A DNA stretch of 64,000 bases from Lytechinus pictus (taxonomy: Eukaryota). The position numbers and the translations under genes are program-made. The notes beneath the pieces are model-generated. The model saw only the letters and a list, made by a program, of their open reading frames with translations. It was not told the origin of the DNA and made no database searches. Of this stretch, positions 40,657 to 55,050 are shown piece by piece. How positions within the stretch are numbered: the stretch's first letter is position 1; each line of letters starts with the position of its first letter. The stretch spans positions 31,808,001-31,872,000 of the forward strand of contig NC_087251.1 of the NCBI RefSeq assembly GCF_037042905.1, written 5' to 3'.

Positions 40657-43417
40657 TTAAGGCCTACGTGGACATACAAGTGCATACTGACTGATACTGA
40701 GGTTAGCAAATTGTTAAGAAGGCAACAGCAGTACATACTAATAATATAACTAACACAGTGTAGGCATACACTTTGCAAATGTCAGACTATATACAACACA
40801 AACTAGTAAAAGACAACTAAACTTATATAAGAACTTTGATTACTCAATCAAAAGTGATTCATAAGAGAATTACAAGATTAGGTACAATTAAAAGTGCGCT
40901 TGTTTTATTTTGTAAGTAAAGCCTCTTTGCAACATACAGTAACAACCTAAATACAATTTCCTCTCAGTAGAGAAAGCCAGACATTCAAACAAATAATGAA
41001 ATTTATCACCTATAATTATTGTGGATTCTATTATTTCTTTCAACATTTTTAAACCTCCTTGAAACTGATGGTTTCTGCAGTGAAACCTAGAATAGCATAA
41101 CCAATGTTTTTAGGAAGATAATGATTTTTCTTATATATAAAATATAAAAACTAAATGAATATGAATGAAAGACCTACATGTACATGTAACCCCCAAAGCT
41201 CCAGAACTACAGCCCCTTTTAACATTTCAGAGGGTGGCTACGTTCATACAAACGTTGGATAAATGATCAAAGTCATGGACGAGTTACAACAGCCTTCGCA
41301 TAATTAATGCCTAGCCCACTACGACCATATTAGAATCAGTGATTACATCCACCAAGAATTAGAGGGTTATTATGTGTCAATTAACCAATCATTTCAAACA
41401 ATAGCCCAGCCACAAAACAGATTCCCCGCAGATAAAAGATAATGAAAATATGGTAAGCAAGTTACCGTACTACATGTACATGTATCTCTATCCAACCCAA
41501 CACACACATACACACACAACTTCTCTGTGCATCGTGCAATCGGTAATTGAATGCACTCGAATGCACACCATGTCCGAAAGACTGAGACCTAATATTCATT
41601 TTTCAAGTGCATGCATGCTACGGTTGTGGTGGATGCCTTCATTTTATGTAGGCATTTACATGAGAAGGGATGTACATGTAGAGACAGACATCGAGATGGA
41701 GATTACAAAAGCTAGAATCATCCCAACATGGAGACTACCTCCAACCAACAAAATAAATGCATGGAAATTAGGGGAATAAATTACTTTAAAGGCACATTGG
41801 AGATTCAACGAAACAACTATTAGAATCAAATACAAAAACACTAAAAGCAAGGTACAGAATCCCAGTGCAGAGAGAGGTTTTTTTTATGATTTAAGAGTAA
41901 GAGGGAGAATGAGGGGAGATAAAACAATGAAATTTGAAAGAGGCTGTAGGGATGAAACGGCTAAAACTGAGAGAGAAAATAAGAAGGGTAGGGAGTTCCA
42001 GACGATGTCTTCTTCATTGCGTACATGTACAAGGCAAGAGGGCAAGATCTGTGGGAGTGCAGGATGTACTGAAAGGAAAGAAAAAAGAGAGAAAGACTTG
42101 CTCGTACTTGGGGGCCCCTCTCGTATATAATCATGTCTGTGTAGGTTGGCTTTTGCAGTGAAATGCTAACGTTAGGGTGTCTTCAACGTGCATGTAATGG
42201 GAGTTCTTGTCCGAGGCATGGCTATGTTGATCAGTGCATGGGGTACTATGTAATATAGGCTTTCATTCTAACAATCAAATTCATTCTCCAGTATATGACT
42301 TTTTATTTAGTTGCATTCCTAGATAGATGGGAAATCTAATTTGTAAAGCCTATACATGTACACCAAATGCCAGTTTGCTGCATCGATAATTCTGGATTGG
42401 TTTCTTGGAAAATCTGTGATCATTTCCTGTCTGATTTTTACCCGTTAATCACTCCAACTTTACTTTGAAAGACTTTATTGAAAGACTCTATTACAGCTTC
42501 AAATGTCAACTTCAGTCTTTCATTATTCAGAAAAACAACCCAGAAATTAATGAATTGTGAAATAGTAAATAGTAGGATGAATACAAATTTTACAAATTCA
42601 GTTCACAGTAAGAAAATAACAATTACAATAAAATACCAAAATAAAGCTTCTCCAAAAGGCCTATAATGAAAGAGTATGAACATATTTAATCATTTATATT
42701 TTGATATAGAAATATTATTGTCTAATTTTAATGTATTATTCTATTCAATAATATTATCATGTGATCTTTAACTACGCCTTTCTGAAATACAGTGCATGTT
42801 GATGATAAATTCATGCATGCCCTATCTAACTCTACAGTACAGCACTAATATTATGGATAGCCAAACATGTCAAACTTTTGTTTACAATGTATGTTTCTTA
42901 TGTTTACTGTGGACTTTCCTCATTCTTTAATAAAGAGACAAGTATCTTGTAATCCCCAGACAGTTATGTTTGATTTTAGTGTAAAATGAGCCTATAAATT
43001 GAACCTTTACTGTTGTCACAATCAGCAATCCATAGTTAAACCACTTTAGCCCAGAGTCTTGATTAAACTGGATTTATGGGCCAATATGTTCAAAGTTAAG
43101 CTTTTGTTTAACAATTATTAATATTATGTGACTGAGTTTCATGTTCAATATCGTGAAGGTTTTTCTATACAAGTGACATTGATTCAAAGTATAAAAATAT
43201 CAAATCAATTTTTTTCCCCATCAATGTTATCCTGTTTGGCCACTTCAAGAAAATAGTGATGAGTTACATGTACAAACATGTAGCCCTGTTCACAAAAAAG
43301 GTGAGAACCTTAAAGTGATTTAGCAATCCACTTTTCTTTATTGATAGTGGATTGTCTAAATTTACAGTTGCAATGATTTTTTCATGCATTCCTTTTCACC
43401 AAACTTTGGTGCCTTAT

Positions 43418-44075
43418 TACCCTTTTTACACACGCTAAAATTTCCTTAACCCCGTACTATAGGTTGGGCTAAATTGCCATTTAGCCCCACCTAAAGTACG
43501 AGGTTAAGCTTAGCCCACTTTCTTTTTACACAGCATTTTTGCAAAGTGGGCTAACCCCACCTTTAGTACGGGTTTATTTGGCCCTGCAAAAAGCAGGGTT
43601 ATCCCAGCAATGGCAGTGCTAAGAGCGACAGTACGGGGTTAAGATCGCTAGTGTAAAACGAAAGTGGGCTAAGCGCTCCCATTCATGCCCCGCAACAGTG
43701 CCGGCCCTGTTGTCCAATCAGAGGTAAGCATAATGAATATTCATGAACAGCGAACACGGCGATGAGAATCAAGCAAATAACGTAATTAGGTCTATCGAGT
43801 GAAGTACTTGTACTACGAATGATCGACAAATGTATTTAAAGCGCGCGCGATTTTGGATATGACCCGAATGACCCCTCAGGTGCGCTCGTGAATATTCATG
43901 AGCTACCACTAGTCCGGGGTTAGCGAGTTTCGTGTGTGAAAAGCAAGCATTCCTTATCCGGGGTTAGCAATAACAATTTGGCATGTGTGAAAAGGAAAAA
44001 AAAATAGTACGGGGTAAAGGATAGTACGGGGTTAGCGATAGTCCGGGGCTAAGAAAATCCTGTGTAAAAAGGGTA
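43418..44075. mobile_element. PIF/Harbinger-like MITE
   Basis: TIR TACCCTTTTTACACA / TGTGTAAAAAGGGTA. Repeated AGTACGGGGTTA / TAACCCCGTACT submotifs. Confidence 0.75.
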
Positions 44076-46476
44076 TTAATGTATGTATTTCATAATGATG
44101 GTGAAGCTTGCCCTCTTTTAATACTACAATAAATTATGGTAATATTTAATTGTCTACATGTAAAGCCAAAGAACATGTTTGCTTAATCTGCACTACTAAA
44201 TTATTTACAGCAAGCATGTGCGACATCTTTACACCTTAGGCAACTCAGCTCTGGTAACAGAATCCCATATTGTTTAAAGTGTATCTTATCCCGCGTTTGA
44301 AATCATGACCTCAATCATAATTAAGGCAATAAAATTGCATTGTAACATGTTCTGCAGCATATGACTTTAATGATTCCAAGCAGAAAAGTTGTTACTGACC
44401 AAAGTATCTTGAATTCTCTTAGATTCAAAACAGCAAGATCCAAAAACAAACATTTGATAGTTCACTATGAAATATCACATAAGCTTACAATTGAAAAGTG
44501 GTTAAATATTAGATGCATGATCCACAGTACAGTATATTGGTATAACAACACAAATTCAATACTTCTTCACCAAAAATTTGACCTTGAAATTTGAAAGCCT
44601 TGACCTCCAAAACATCTTTTGGGGGCGGAGCTTACATGTAGTGACTGTACATGTACGTGACCTTTTAATCACTTCCGTAGATTGCGATGCAGTGCTTTGA
44701 TTGACAATAAGTGACAAGTCACCAAGGATACATACCACCTTCGCTCGGTTTGAATTCAAAATCACAGTTTTCGAGTCAGCGTATGAAAGGTCCAATGATT
44801 TTTAAAGACGAATTGCAATCATTATAATGATTCAAGATTCACGTGTGAAAGGGCCCTATGTTTGACTTGATTTGATCAGCCATGACCAACAACAGATCAT
44901 CCATCCTTGTACTGACGCAATCACTGACGGCACCTCCATGGAACTCCTTAAAATATGAATCTCTCTCATAAACACTTAACAACCTGTCAGACCATGTCAT
45001 TCACTCAACAATCCTCCTCTTTTCATCCTCTAATCAAGACATCGTAAACAAGTAGATGTGTTAAAAAATGAGAAAATTTTGTATGAGAACTTGTACATGT
45101 AACAACTTGGAATAAGGTTTGGGTTGATCACTTAACTTTCCTTGTCACTACACAATTTATTATGCTAGTTGTAAATGTCCAATTCTAAAAAAAAAAATTG
45201 TTTAATCCAATAAGGCCCAAAGAGCAAAAGTCAGTTAAAATGGTAATGCAACACCCTTGTTTACATGTATTACATGGAGGTGTTATTAGTTTTAATGTCT
45301 CTGTGTTTTATATTCAACTCCACTACACCAAACACTACACATACGGCATCCTTAGCAATCATAATTCAAACAGAAATTTTCAAAACAAAAGTGCCAAAAT
45401 AAAGTCATATTTGGTTGTTATGGTGATAGAAAAAATGTGGGGTTTTTTTTTCAAAGAAGTCTTAAGGTAATAAAGCTAATAAAAATAAGGTAATAAAGTG
45501 CATATTTCATTTATTTATTCAGGCCTACATTAAGATCTAAATATTTTCATATTATTATTACAGCATAAACTGGACAAATTCAAAGGGCCAAATATATCCA
45601 AGGCCAGGCCCTGGATTTAACTATTGTAAGCCCTGTTTATTCATGATTATATCTTTATCTTTGACCTTGATCCAACTGTCTGAAATCACATGATGACTGA
45701 TACATGAAAAATCTTGAGGGGATGTGAAACTATAAAATTAACATTAATTTTTCAAAATCAGGGAAAAAACATTCATTTAATAATAAAACCCAAAGTTCTT
45801 TGACCTCAGTTGACTTTTGACCTTGTCATGGAATTACATGTACATGTAGACACATGACATTTCTTTGTATTTGTAACATACCATTATTCATCTCACAAAA
45901 GTATCATTTGATTTGATCCAATATACATTTAGAATAATGAACAATTATCCATTTTTATCAAAGTTACATGATCTTAAATTACCTTTGGCCTTGGCCAACT
46001 GACTTAACATTATGCTCATGAATCCTAGCTATCATGTGCAAAATATAAAATCAATTAATGATAATAGTATCGTTATTAATAATGTGACTTATAAACCAAA
46101 TCCACTCTGTAGAGTGCTCAAGGTGCATAAAAAGATTTACAAAGAACATCTTTGAGTGACTCAACAGAGACAATATATTTTTTGGATCCATGTCTTCAGC
46201 AAGTGTAATCCATAATAGGGCATGCATGAGCAAAACATCTTTCCACCAAGTTTTTTTTTTTTTTTACTTTTGGAACTTGCAAAATCAGTTGTCCAATCTC
46301 AAATGACCTTTGAACCCTTAGCCAAGTGACCTAACAAATGTACCACTGTCATTATGTGCAAAATATAGGTCTATGTACCATGTATGTTGTAACTTATTTG
46401 TCACACAATGGTGACAAGACCTACAACTTTGTACACCCCTTTATTGACTTGAGAGAACTCCATATTTCTTTTTTAA

Positions 46477-47076
46477 AGGCCAAGTCCACCCCAGGAAAAT
46501 GCTGACTTGAATAAATAGAGAAAAATCAAACTAGCATTGGGCTGAAAATTTCATCAAAATCGGATTTAAAATAAGAAAGTTATGACATTTTAAAGTTTCG
46601 CTTATTTTTCACAAAACAGTGATATGCACAACTGGGTGAGTCAGTCAACGATGTCCCCCACTCACTATTTCTTTTGTTTTTTATTGTTTGAATTATACAA
46701 TACATGTATTTCATTATTTATAGATTTGACAATAAGGACCAACTTGACTGAACCATATAGTATTAAACAATGCTGATTCTACATGTTCAGGGATGAATTA
46801 ATCGTTAATGTATTACTTGACAATGAGGAGAAAATTAGAATATTTCCTATTTCATGAAATAAAATACAAAAGAAATGGTGAGTGGATGACGTCTTCGTCT
46901 CCTCATTTGCATACCAGCCAGGATGTGCATACAACTATTTTGTGAAATTAAGCAAAACTTTAAAATGTCATAACTTTCTTATTTTACATCCGATTTTGAT
47001 GAAATTTTCAGCGTTGTGCTTGTTGGAGTTTTCTCTTTTTATTCAAATCAACTTTTTGTTGGGGTGGACTTGTCCT
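46477..47076. mobile_element. TTAA-flanked Kolobok-like MITE
   Basis: TTAA|AGGCCAAGTCCACCCC...GGGGTGGACTTGTCCT|TTAA. A partial copy lies at ~22378-22555 and related fragments at ~53208-53930. Confidence 0.85.
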
Positions 47077-49979
47077 TTAAATATAAAGCTGTTCCATCTT
47101 GAAAGTTTGTTAATTCAAAATGATAAAATTGAACGTTGACATGAAGCTATCAGGGTATAAATAATAAGGTTCAGCATCGTACTGTTGCCAAATATGACAT
47201 AGTACAGGATGTTTGAAGTTCATCATAAGCTCCTTGCTAGTGACCATTTTACCCTCTATTGTCTATGTCCTCTTCCTCCTGCTAAATGCTCATTATGAAC
47301 AGGAAGCTATACTATAACCATGTAAATTGGAAGAACCTCAAGATGTGGGCACTTCTAAGATACTGCTTGGCATCTGGGAAGAAGGGAGGGCTTGGTAAAT
47401 TTATGTTAATTCATTCACAATCCAAGCTCAATTTCTTCTTTTTTTCAGTCAGAGAGGGAGACTATCGTCTGACATTTATTCAATTTCTCTGACTGTATGC
47501 ACAATTGTACATCAATCACATTTTGACCATATTGAAAAAAATGTCACATTGATTAGTTCTGTCAAAGCCTATATCAAATTGTTCAATTTCCATTTTTTTT
47601 TTTCAAAATTAAGAAGGGAGCCTGCAGTACAGTGTATGCTGTTGCATTACATTTTCAGTATTTTGTCTGGAGTATGGCACGCATATGAATGACTGGTTAG
47701 CTTTCCATATAATGGCAAAGTGAGAAAAAAATGAAGGATTTGAGAAACTTAACAAGGTTTAACAAGCTGGGATCTTTGATGGCTGTGTGAGAATGCCACC
47801 TTGATTAGTTCTGTCCAAGCCTATCAAATTTGAAAGCTTCAGGTTGAGTAACTACTATGAGCCACACAGCGAAAACCCAGAATCGGATAGAAACGCACCA
47901 TGGGAATAACTGAGCGTAAGAAGGTCAGGGTGACCTTTATAGATCAGCCATACTCATATTAGATTCATTGCAATATTAAGGCACTCTTTCATTTTTGTTC
48001 TTCCTGTAATATCAAATGAACAAATCTTTCATACTTGTCTTTCATATGTGAATATTATTTCTACAAAAACACTCTTTTCCACTCAGTATCATAATTCATT
48101 AAAGGACAAATTGATGTAAAGAATTACTTTACTCTTTCCCCACTGCACAGAGCAAGAAATGAATCATAATGTCTTACTTTTTGTTTTGCGCTTTTAAACT
48201 GGGCCAAGGCAATAATGGGTGTGCACAGAATGCTCTTTGTTTTGAAAAACAAAACATATTCTTCCCTGCAAAATAAGAGATTACAATATTCGACCTAAGA
48301 ATAAAGAGTGTCCATGGCTATATTACTTGTGTGTTTACAAGACGTCTACTGGGGGGAGACACTACTAGACTAGAGGCCTTTTGTGTGCTTCATGCCTTCT
48401 AATTAGGATCTTTGTCCGGTCAGTTACAATATGATTGGATCGAGGAGAGCTTCAAAATCTAATTTTGATTCTCTTCCTGTCCAAGAAACAGAGGATTTTA
48501 ATAAGAGGAGCTGGGTTAGTTGGATAAAGGCTTGGAGATGGCAATCACTAATCAAAGGCAGTATTAAAGGAACTTGATAACAAGGTAAAACATGCTCATA
48601 CAATGTATGTATTTAGCATTGAATGAATTAAACATACCTCTGAATAAATTCTCTCAAAAAATTTCATAAAGGAATATTTCAAAAAGAAATTATGTTAATT
48701 CACCTATGATTTTCATATCAAGCATTAAACAACAAAAAACGGCTGCTTTAAGGATGTTCCACAGTTAAGTTAAATCCATGTCATTCTCACCAAAATTTGC
48801 ACAGAGGAGTAGTAATTTTGGAACCTTAGATGCAGGGCGCAAAACCACTAGCCTGCCTGCGTAGGGCAAACAAAAATGACATGCGGGCAAGCATCTCTCA
48901 TTGTCTCTTGCCCGACGTCACAAGATTGAAACTTGAAAAGTTCTTGTTTTCCATTATTCTTGAATCGATTTCCATCAAACCTTCACCAATATTTTTCTCT
49001 TTAAAATATTTTTTCTGCTGTTAATTAAAACCAAATTAATGTCGAGATGAACTTCCCCTTTATGCTGGTATGGACACAGGTCTAAGGCGAATCAATATGA
49101 ACTGTTTTTCATTGTGCAATGCTTGTACATCATAGGCCATTACACCCTATTACCAAATTGAACAAAAACATGTATTATTTACAGGATGACTCAATTTCAA
49201 ACAAAGTGATAATTGGTTTCCTGACAGTTTGTGGTAATTCATCACATAATCTCCATATGTATATACTGTAGGAGGGACAAATATCATGATTCAAAGGTTC
49301 CATGTACCTCTCAAGGACTTTAAGGAGTATACATGAACTATTGGGCAATTCCATAAAATATGTACGTCCGACCCCCTATATGTGGGACCTTCATCAAATT
49401 TTCTTTCTCTGATTTCTTGTTCTTTTGACAGTCTGTAATGTTCTCAAAGGACCATGACTTGGTCAGTTAATGAAGTGAAGTAAGAAAAATGGGGGTCGGA
49501 TGTACAAAAAAAGTTGATCATTTTATGGAATTGCCCTGTAGTGTATATATGCAGCAGTTTGTAAGTTAACTCCACACTTATTGGCCACAAGTTACAAGAT
49601 TTGTTCTTTTTTAACTTAAAGGTAAGTACAGTACATGTAAAAGATTGTACATGTATATCTAAATCTGGTACATTACAGTCAACTTATCTTTGTGAGATCA
49701 GGAAATCTCCACTCAAAACCGATAATTCTGATGATCACTAACACAGAATATCATATGTGGGATAGTGTATTAACATTGCTCGGAAAACTACACAACATTT
49801 TATGTAATTCTGCATGTGCTTATTTTTGCTCATTTTTCAGCAATTACGCATTTTCTTCCAGAGCCACTTGGCACATATTTTTCATTCACATACAAAAACT
49901 TGGGTGGTAATTTTATTGAATTCTGTTCGAACTCATTTTGAGATCGTTACCACAACTGAACTGGTATCAACTAGTATAT

Positions 49980-50590
49980 CAGGGTTTCCACTTTTCAGAA
50001 CGAAACTCCCTGGAATTTACTCTGAACGTTCCTGGAATTTTAAAAAATATCCCAGAATTTTACAAATATTCTCTGGACAGTCTCCCTAATGTTATTCTCT
50101 CTTCTATCTAGAGTTAAAATATTCGGCCCAGTGCCATAATGAGCCAAAAGTTTTGAGGGGGTGAAATATGATAGATTTTGACATAATATTCAGAAAATAA
50201 TATAATAATAATATATAATATAGGGTATTTATATTGCGCACATATCCACCTTGTTAGGTGCTCAAGGCGCTCCTATATTACCCAACTAAGCTAGGCGTTC
50301 ACAGCGCACACAGCTTCTTGAGGAATTACTTCCTACCGGTACCCATTTACCACACCTGGGTTGAGTGCAGCACATTGTGGATCAGTTTCTTGCTGAAGGA
50401 AATTACGCCATGGCTGGGATTCGAACCCACGACCCTCTGTTTCAAAGTCCAGAGACTAATCCACTGGGCCACAATGCTCCACAATATCATTCCTGGAAAT
50501 GATCACTTCCCAAAAAACTTCCCGAAATGATCTCGAAAAATACCAAAACTTCTGAGAATTTCCTGGATTTCGGGAAAAGTGAAAGCACTG
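49980..50590. mobile_element. hAT-like MITE containing a hAT fragment and a SINE
   Basis: TIR CAGGGTTTCCACTTTT / AAAAGTGAAAGCACTG. TSD TAGTATAT / TAGTATGT. Confidence 0.7.
50195..50480 (-). mobile_element. Full-length tRNA-derived SINE
   Basis: Minus strand reads GGAGCATTGTGGCCCAGTGG (A box)...GGTTCGAATCCC (B box), then a body and a (TAT)n tail. Related: a 5'-truncated plus-strand copy at ~1928-2090 and a degenerate copy at ~52600-52768. Confidence 0.85.
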
Positions 50591-53500
50591 TAGTATGTAC
50601 AATTTTATACAAAATGTATGTACATTGTATCACTCAAGAACAGGGACATACCCAAAAGGCCCAATGTTGCATAATTACTTTGGTACCTTTGCTTTCCTAT
50701 GGTAACTTCCCTGAAATCATTTGATTGGCCGTTGATCATTGTTACCATGATAGCTACCATTAGGTGGCAAAGTTACAATAATAGCTACTTTTATGCAGCG
50801 GGGCCCAGTACAAAAGCCACTTTCAAGCAGTTTGATTTTTTTTTCTGAAGGAGTTCCTCTTTGAACACAATGCATAAACTGCAGCAATATCCCATTGTAA
50901 AGTGTGAATATGTAACTCCAAGTTCACAGAATGAAATATCTATGGAATGTTATTGGCATGTTTGTTTATTTCCACTTTTGTTTTTATTGTTTTGGTTTTG
51001 TTAAATATTTAGGTTACATTCTTCAGTTTACTTTTCTAATGTTTATAACTAATCACTGGGAGTAAAGATCTGTATTCAAATTTTAAAAAAATTTCAGAGC
51101 TACTGCCTACTGTACATGTACATGTGTACAAATAATTACTTTGATACCTGTACATTTTATAAAATCATAGTCAGACCAATTAAAAACAAAATAAAAATAC
51201 CAACTGATTTCTTTGCGAATGAACTTGTTAAATTCAAAAGTAGGGATAGAAATTAACTGACTTTTTTATAAAATTGAATTGACCCATAAATAACAATTCA
51301 ACTAAATTCCTTTGTAAGTATAGACAATTCGCCATGAAAACAATACATTGTAAGTCCTGACTGTCCTGTAATGAGTGTATTGTAAACGAACTGTACGAAC
51401 ACATTAAATTTTATGACACCCACTTTTTTTTTCAAAGCAGCATAAATGACACATACCTTTCAAATCTTTCAACCAGAACAAATAAATCAAAGCAAACAGT
51501 TACTTCAAACACACTTCATGCCTCTATTGATAAAATATTGTGCATAATACTGTAGTTCCTGATAAATTGCCAGAGAGGCCTTCAACAATCTAAAGCTTAC
51601 TTATTACACGTATATGTGTAACTAAATGAAACAAACACAATCAACAAGGCAATCAACCTTGTAAATACCACAAAAGCAAGTTTGAATCATAACACAATGA
51701 GTGTCGTAAAATTGCCATTGTGTTTTGCAGAATTAAATTGACAGCAAAAAAAAAATAGATATCTCTGTGTAATACAAAATAGACATCCGTGTGAGAGAAA
51801 AAATTATGCAAGAGCTCAGGCGATTTCCCCCACAAAATGCTAAAAAAGAGCTCTGGAAATTAAAAAAAAATCCCTGAAATCTCCATTCACTGCTTATAGC
51901 TTATCCAATGTTGCAGATTAAGGCAGTAGGTTGTGAAAAGTAGCCCCCCCCCCCCCTGAAAAATAAAATAAAATAAATAAATAAATAATTATAATAACAA
52001 TAATAAATAATGAATAGATAAATCAATCAATCAATCACTAAATAAATAAATAAATAAAAATTACCTGTGCCTGTGTAATATACACCACCTACAAATTTAC
52101 TTCAATGTGACTATGTGAGATATAATTATTATCAATCAAGATGACTAAGATTTTTGGAACAGGAATAGAGTATTCCTATAGATGTTTGTGACCATCATGA
52201 AATACACATGTACATTCTAGTACAATAGGTTAGTTACAGAAGAAGTTAACCCTATATATATTTGTGCTTCATATTTACATGCACATTACTTTATGTTTAA
52301 ACTTGAACACCAATCAATGATAAACCACATAAGAGTATTAAGAAGCCACTCAAGAGGTAAAGTACTCAAAATCAAGGATTTCAATGAAGACAATGGCCAC
52401 AATGGCAAAGTTACCATTATTTAAGCATGTTCATACAGTATATTCTACAATAGGTACACATCACTGTTTATCCTTGTTTTGTTTTTTACCTCCATGATTT
52501 TGTGTACTTTGAAATTTACAGCATTTGGAGCCATGGAGGTACACTACATGTGTCTGGCTTTAAGCTCCAGCTGCTATTGCCAAGGCTTGGTTGCGTTCAA
52601 GGAATTTGTTCGTTATGGTACCATACTGTAGTGTACACCACACCTGGGTTGAGTGTAGCTCAATGTGGATCAATTTCTTGCTGTTCAAGGATAATACACA
52701 ACATTTGGCTGTGATGTAAACCCATGGCTCTCTGTATCAACGGCAAAAGTCAGAACCATACCGCTCCAAACACATGGTTTAATAATGTCAGAGATTCTTA
52801 TGATCAATATATGTTTGTTGGCGAGGATTGCTCACTTCAAAGATCATTACCTTGACATGTCAGCAATACATTCACAGTCCACTAGTGAAAAAGTAAATGA
52901 TTCAATCTAAAGGTTATTTTGCAGGAAGATAATAGAGCCAAAAAAAAAGAAGATCAATAATCATTTTCTGAAGCTACATCTACACTGTACATTTGTATAG
53001 TAAGTACTGAAAACATGTATCTGCAAACTAAAATCCCAAACAATGCACATACAGACTGAGAATGAGAGCCTTCAAATGAGCTGACTGTATTAAAGTAACA
53101 CAGACAAATCAAATAAAGTATCCCTTTAAAAATCATCTGGGACAAAAGAAATTATTGGAAGTTGTGTTCAACTCAGTAGGTATGAATGTCTACATTAAAC
53201 ATTTTAAAGGTGAACTTCACTCTGATAATACGTTGTTTTTTATTATCCAAAGTTCAAAACTGAAAATTAGAGAAAATATTGGTGAAGGTTTGATGAAAAT
53301 CCATCAAAGAATAAAAGATTTATGAAATTTTTAGTTTGTATTTTGTAATGTCAAATGCAAGCAGCCTCCTCACTACCACTCACACGTATTGCGAGGTTAG
53401 TATTAGTATACCTCACTACATGTGTATCACATGTATACATGTATGTAATATCCATGAATCCATACTCAATGGAACCGGATAAACATAAATATTTTTCAAA

Positions 53501-54004
53501 CAGAAAGTAGTATAAAATTATGCATCTGTTGATATCTCCCACACAAATAAATTCACTTTGAATTTATTTAGCAAATGGCTTTTTTTTTTTGCAATTTACA
53601 TAAATGACATGTGTAGAAGAGCTGCACATCTATGGAGTCAGGAAATCCAAATTCTTAAAGGGATGCTCCGGGCTGAAGATAAATGGAGCAAAATTCACAG
53701 AGCAAAATGCTGAAAATTTGATCAAAATCAGATAACAAATAATAAAATTATTGTATTTTAAAGATTTGCATTATTCCATTGAAACAGTCTTCATGAATAT
53801 TCATTAGGTGGGCTGATGATGTCACATCCCCACTTGTTATTTTGTATTTCATCATATGAAATTAGGTTTATTCAAAACTTTTCTACCATGAACTTAAACT
53901 ATATAAGTGCATAAGTTATTTCTTGCTGCAACTTATTGCATCATCATATGTAACTGAAATATAACTGTCTATATTCATTGCAATTGCATTAGAGGAATTC
54001 TTAC

Positions 54005-54379
54005 CCAGATGTCCGAATTGAGTGGATTGCTGGGACTTGTAGCATTTTGAATCAGGTCTTCGATTGCAACCGTGCAGTTTGCAACAAATTCAGACTTAAT
54101 CATTGAGTTATTATAAACCGTAAATATCAGGTTCTCTCCATTTTGAATTTTGGATTCAAATTCTTCATTCCAAGTGGGAGCAAAGGTCTTTTGTTTGATG
54201 GTTGTCTTTCCAACATGTACGTCATCAACACTGACTTCGATGAAAGGATCAATTGATGCTGAAGCCGCCTTCGCAGCATCCTTGCTGCTGCTGCTGGCGA
54301 ACCGCGTAGCGAAATCAGTAGGTTTCAGATCCACAGCCTCACAAACCTTCAGACGGAAAGTCCCGTTAAACACCACCAT
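54005..54379 (-). CDS. PRKCE: Novel PKC (epsilon/eta-like), coding exon 1: N-terminal C2 domain, 125 aa
   Basis: MVVFNGTFRLKVCEAVDLKPTDF...IDPFIEVSVDD...KTFAPTWNEEF...FVANCT...DIW matches the PKC-epsilon/eta C2 domain. Start context is gcaaaATGG. Donor TGG|GTAAG at 54004, phase 0. The symbol names the closest vertebrate-type homolog; eta is equally related. Confidence 0.95.
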
Positions 54380-55050
54380 TTTGCAGAGAATTCCTGTCTT
54401 TTATAACTCCCAAAGAGGCCAGTAGATAAAGGGAACTATTTTAAAAAACGGTTCTCTTCCTTCTCAAAGCACCTTAGATGCAATGGATGCTTCTAAGTCG
54501 GCGGTTTTCACGAGCTTTTCGTAGCCATCGATTTCCGATGTCATATAAGCAATGATTGTTCGCACGTTATCCACTATACGAGCACTGCCCATAGTGTTGG
54601 GCGAGCGAGCTAGCTCCCAGCTGTGCCGCTGATTTGTACGGGGGCACAGTGTAATGGAGAGAGGATGCCTTTTGTCGGGTAAATGTGCAGTGCTTCTAAT
54701 GTTGATGTTTACAAAGATCCATCCCGCATACGGCGAAGTGCTTGAGAGTGGTAAAAGCCACTTCTTAATTATAAAATGTTCTTGTAAGTGTTCTAGAAAA
54801 TGTTGACTTGGCAAAGGTTCACTGAGGCAACATCATGGACATGGGAGGAAGGAATGTTTCAGTTTACTCAAGAAAATTATACGGTAGTTAACGAAAAATC
54901 ACACAACAGAAAAGTTCATACAAGTAAAGTTCGGATCGGGTCGTGAAGTTCACTGGACCATGTTGATGGTTACATGCTCATGGGTGTGGCACCTGCAAGC
55001 GAGCTCTTTTGAAAGGGAATTCCCCTTAAATTTCACCACATGACCTATTG
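54380..55050 (-). promoter_or_regulatory. Probable 5'UTR/proximal promoter of the PKC gene
   Basis: Repeat-free, relatively GC/CpG-rich sequence directly upstream of the ATG. The TSS cannot be placed from sequence. Confidence 0.5.

Noticed and set aside
53975..54004. C-terminal VRIPLMQLQ of the 134 aa ORF
   Set aside because: Read-through into intron 1 past the GTAAG donor.
54150..54425. 91 aa antisense ORF over exon 1
   Set aside because: Shadow ORF of the coding strand with no independent support.
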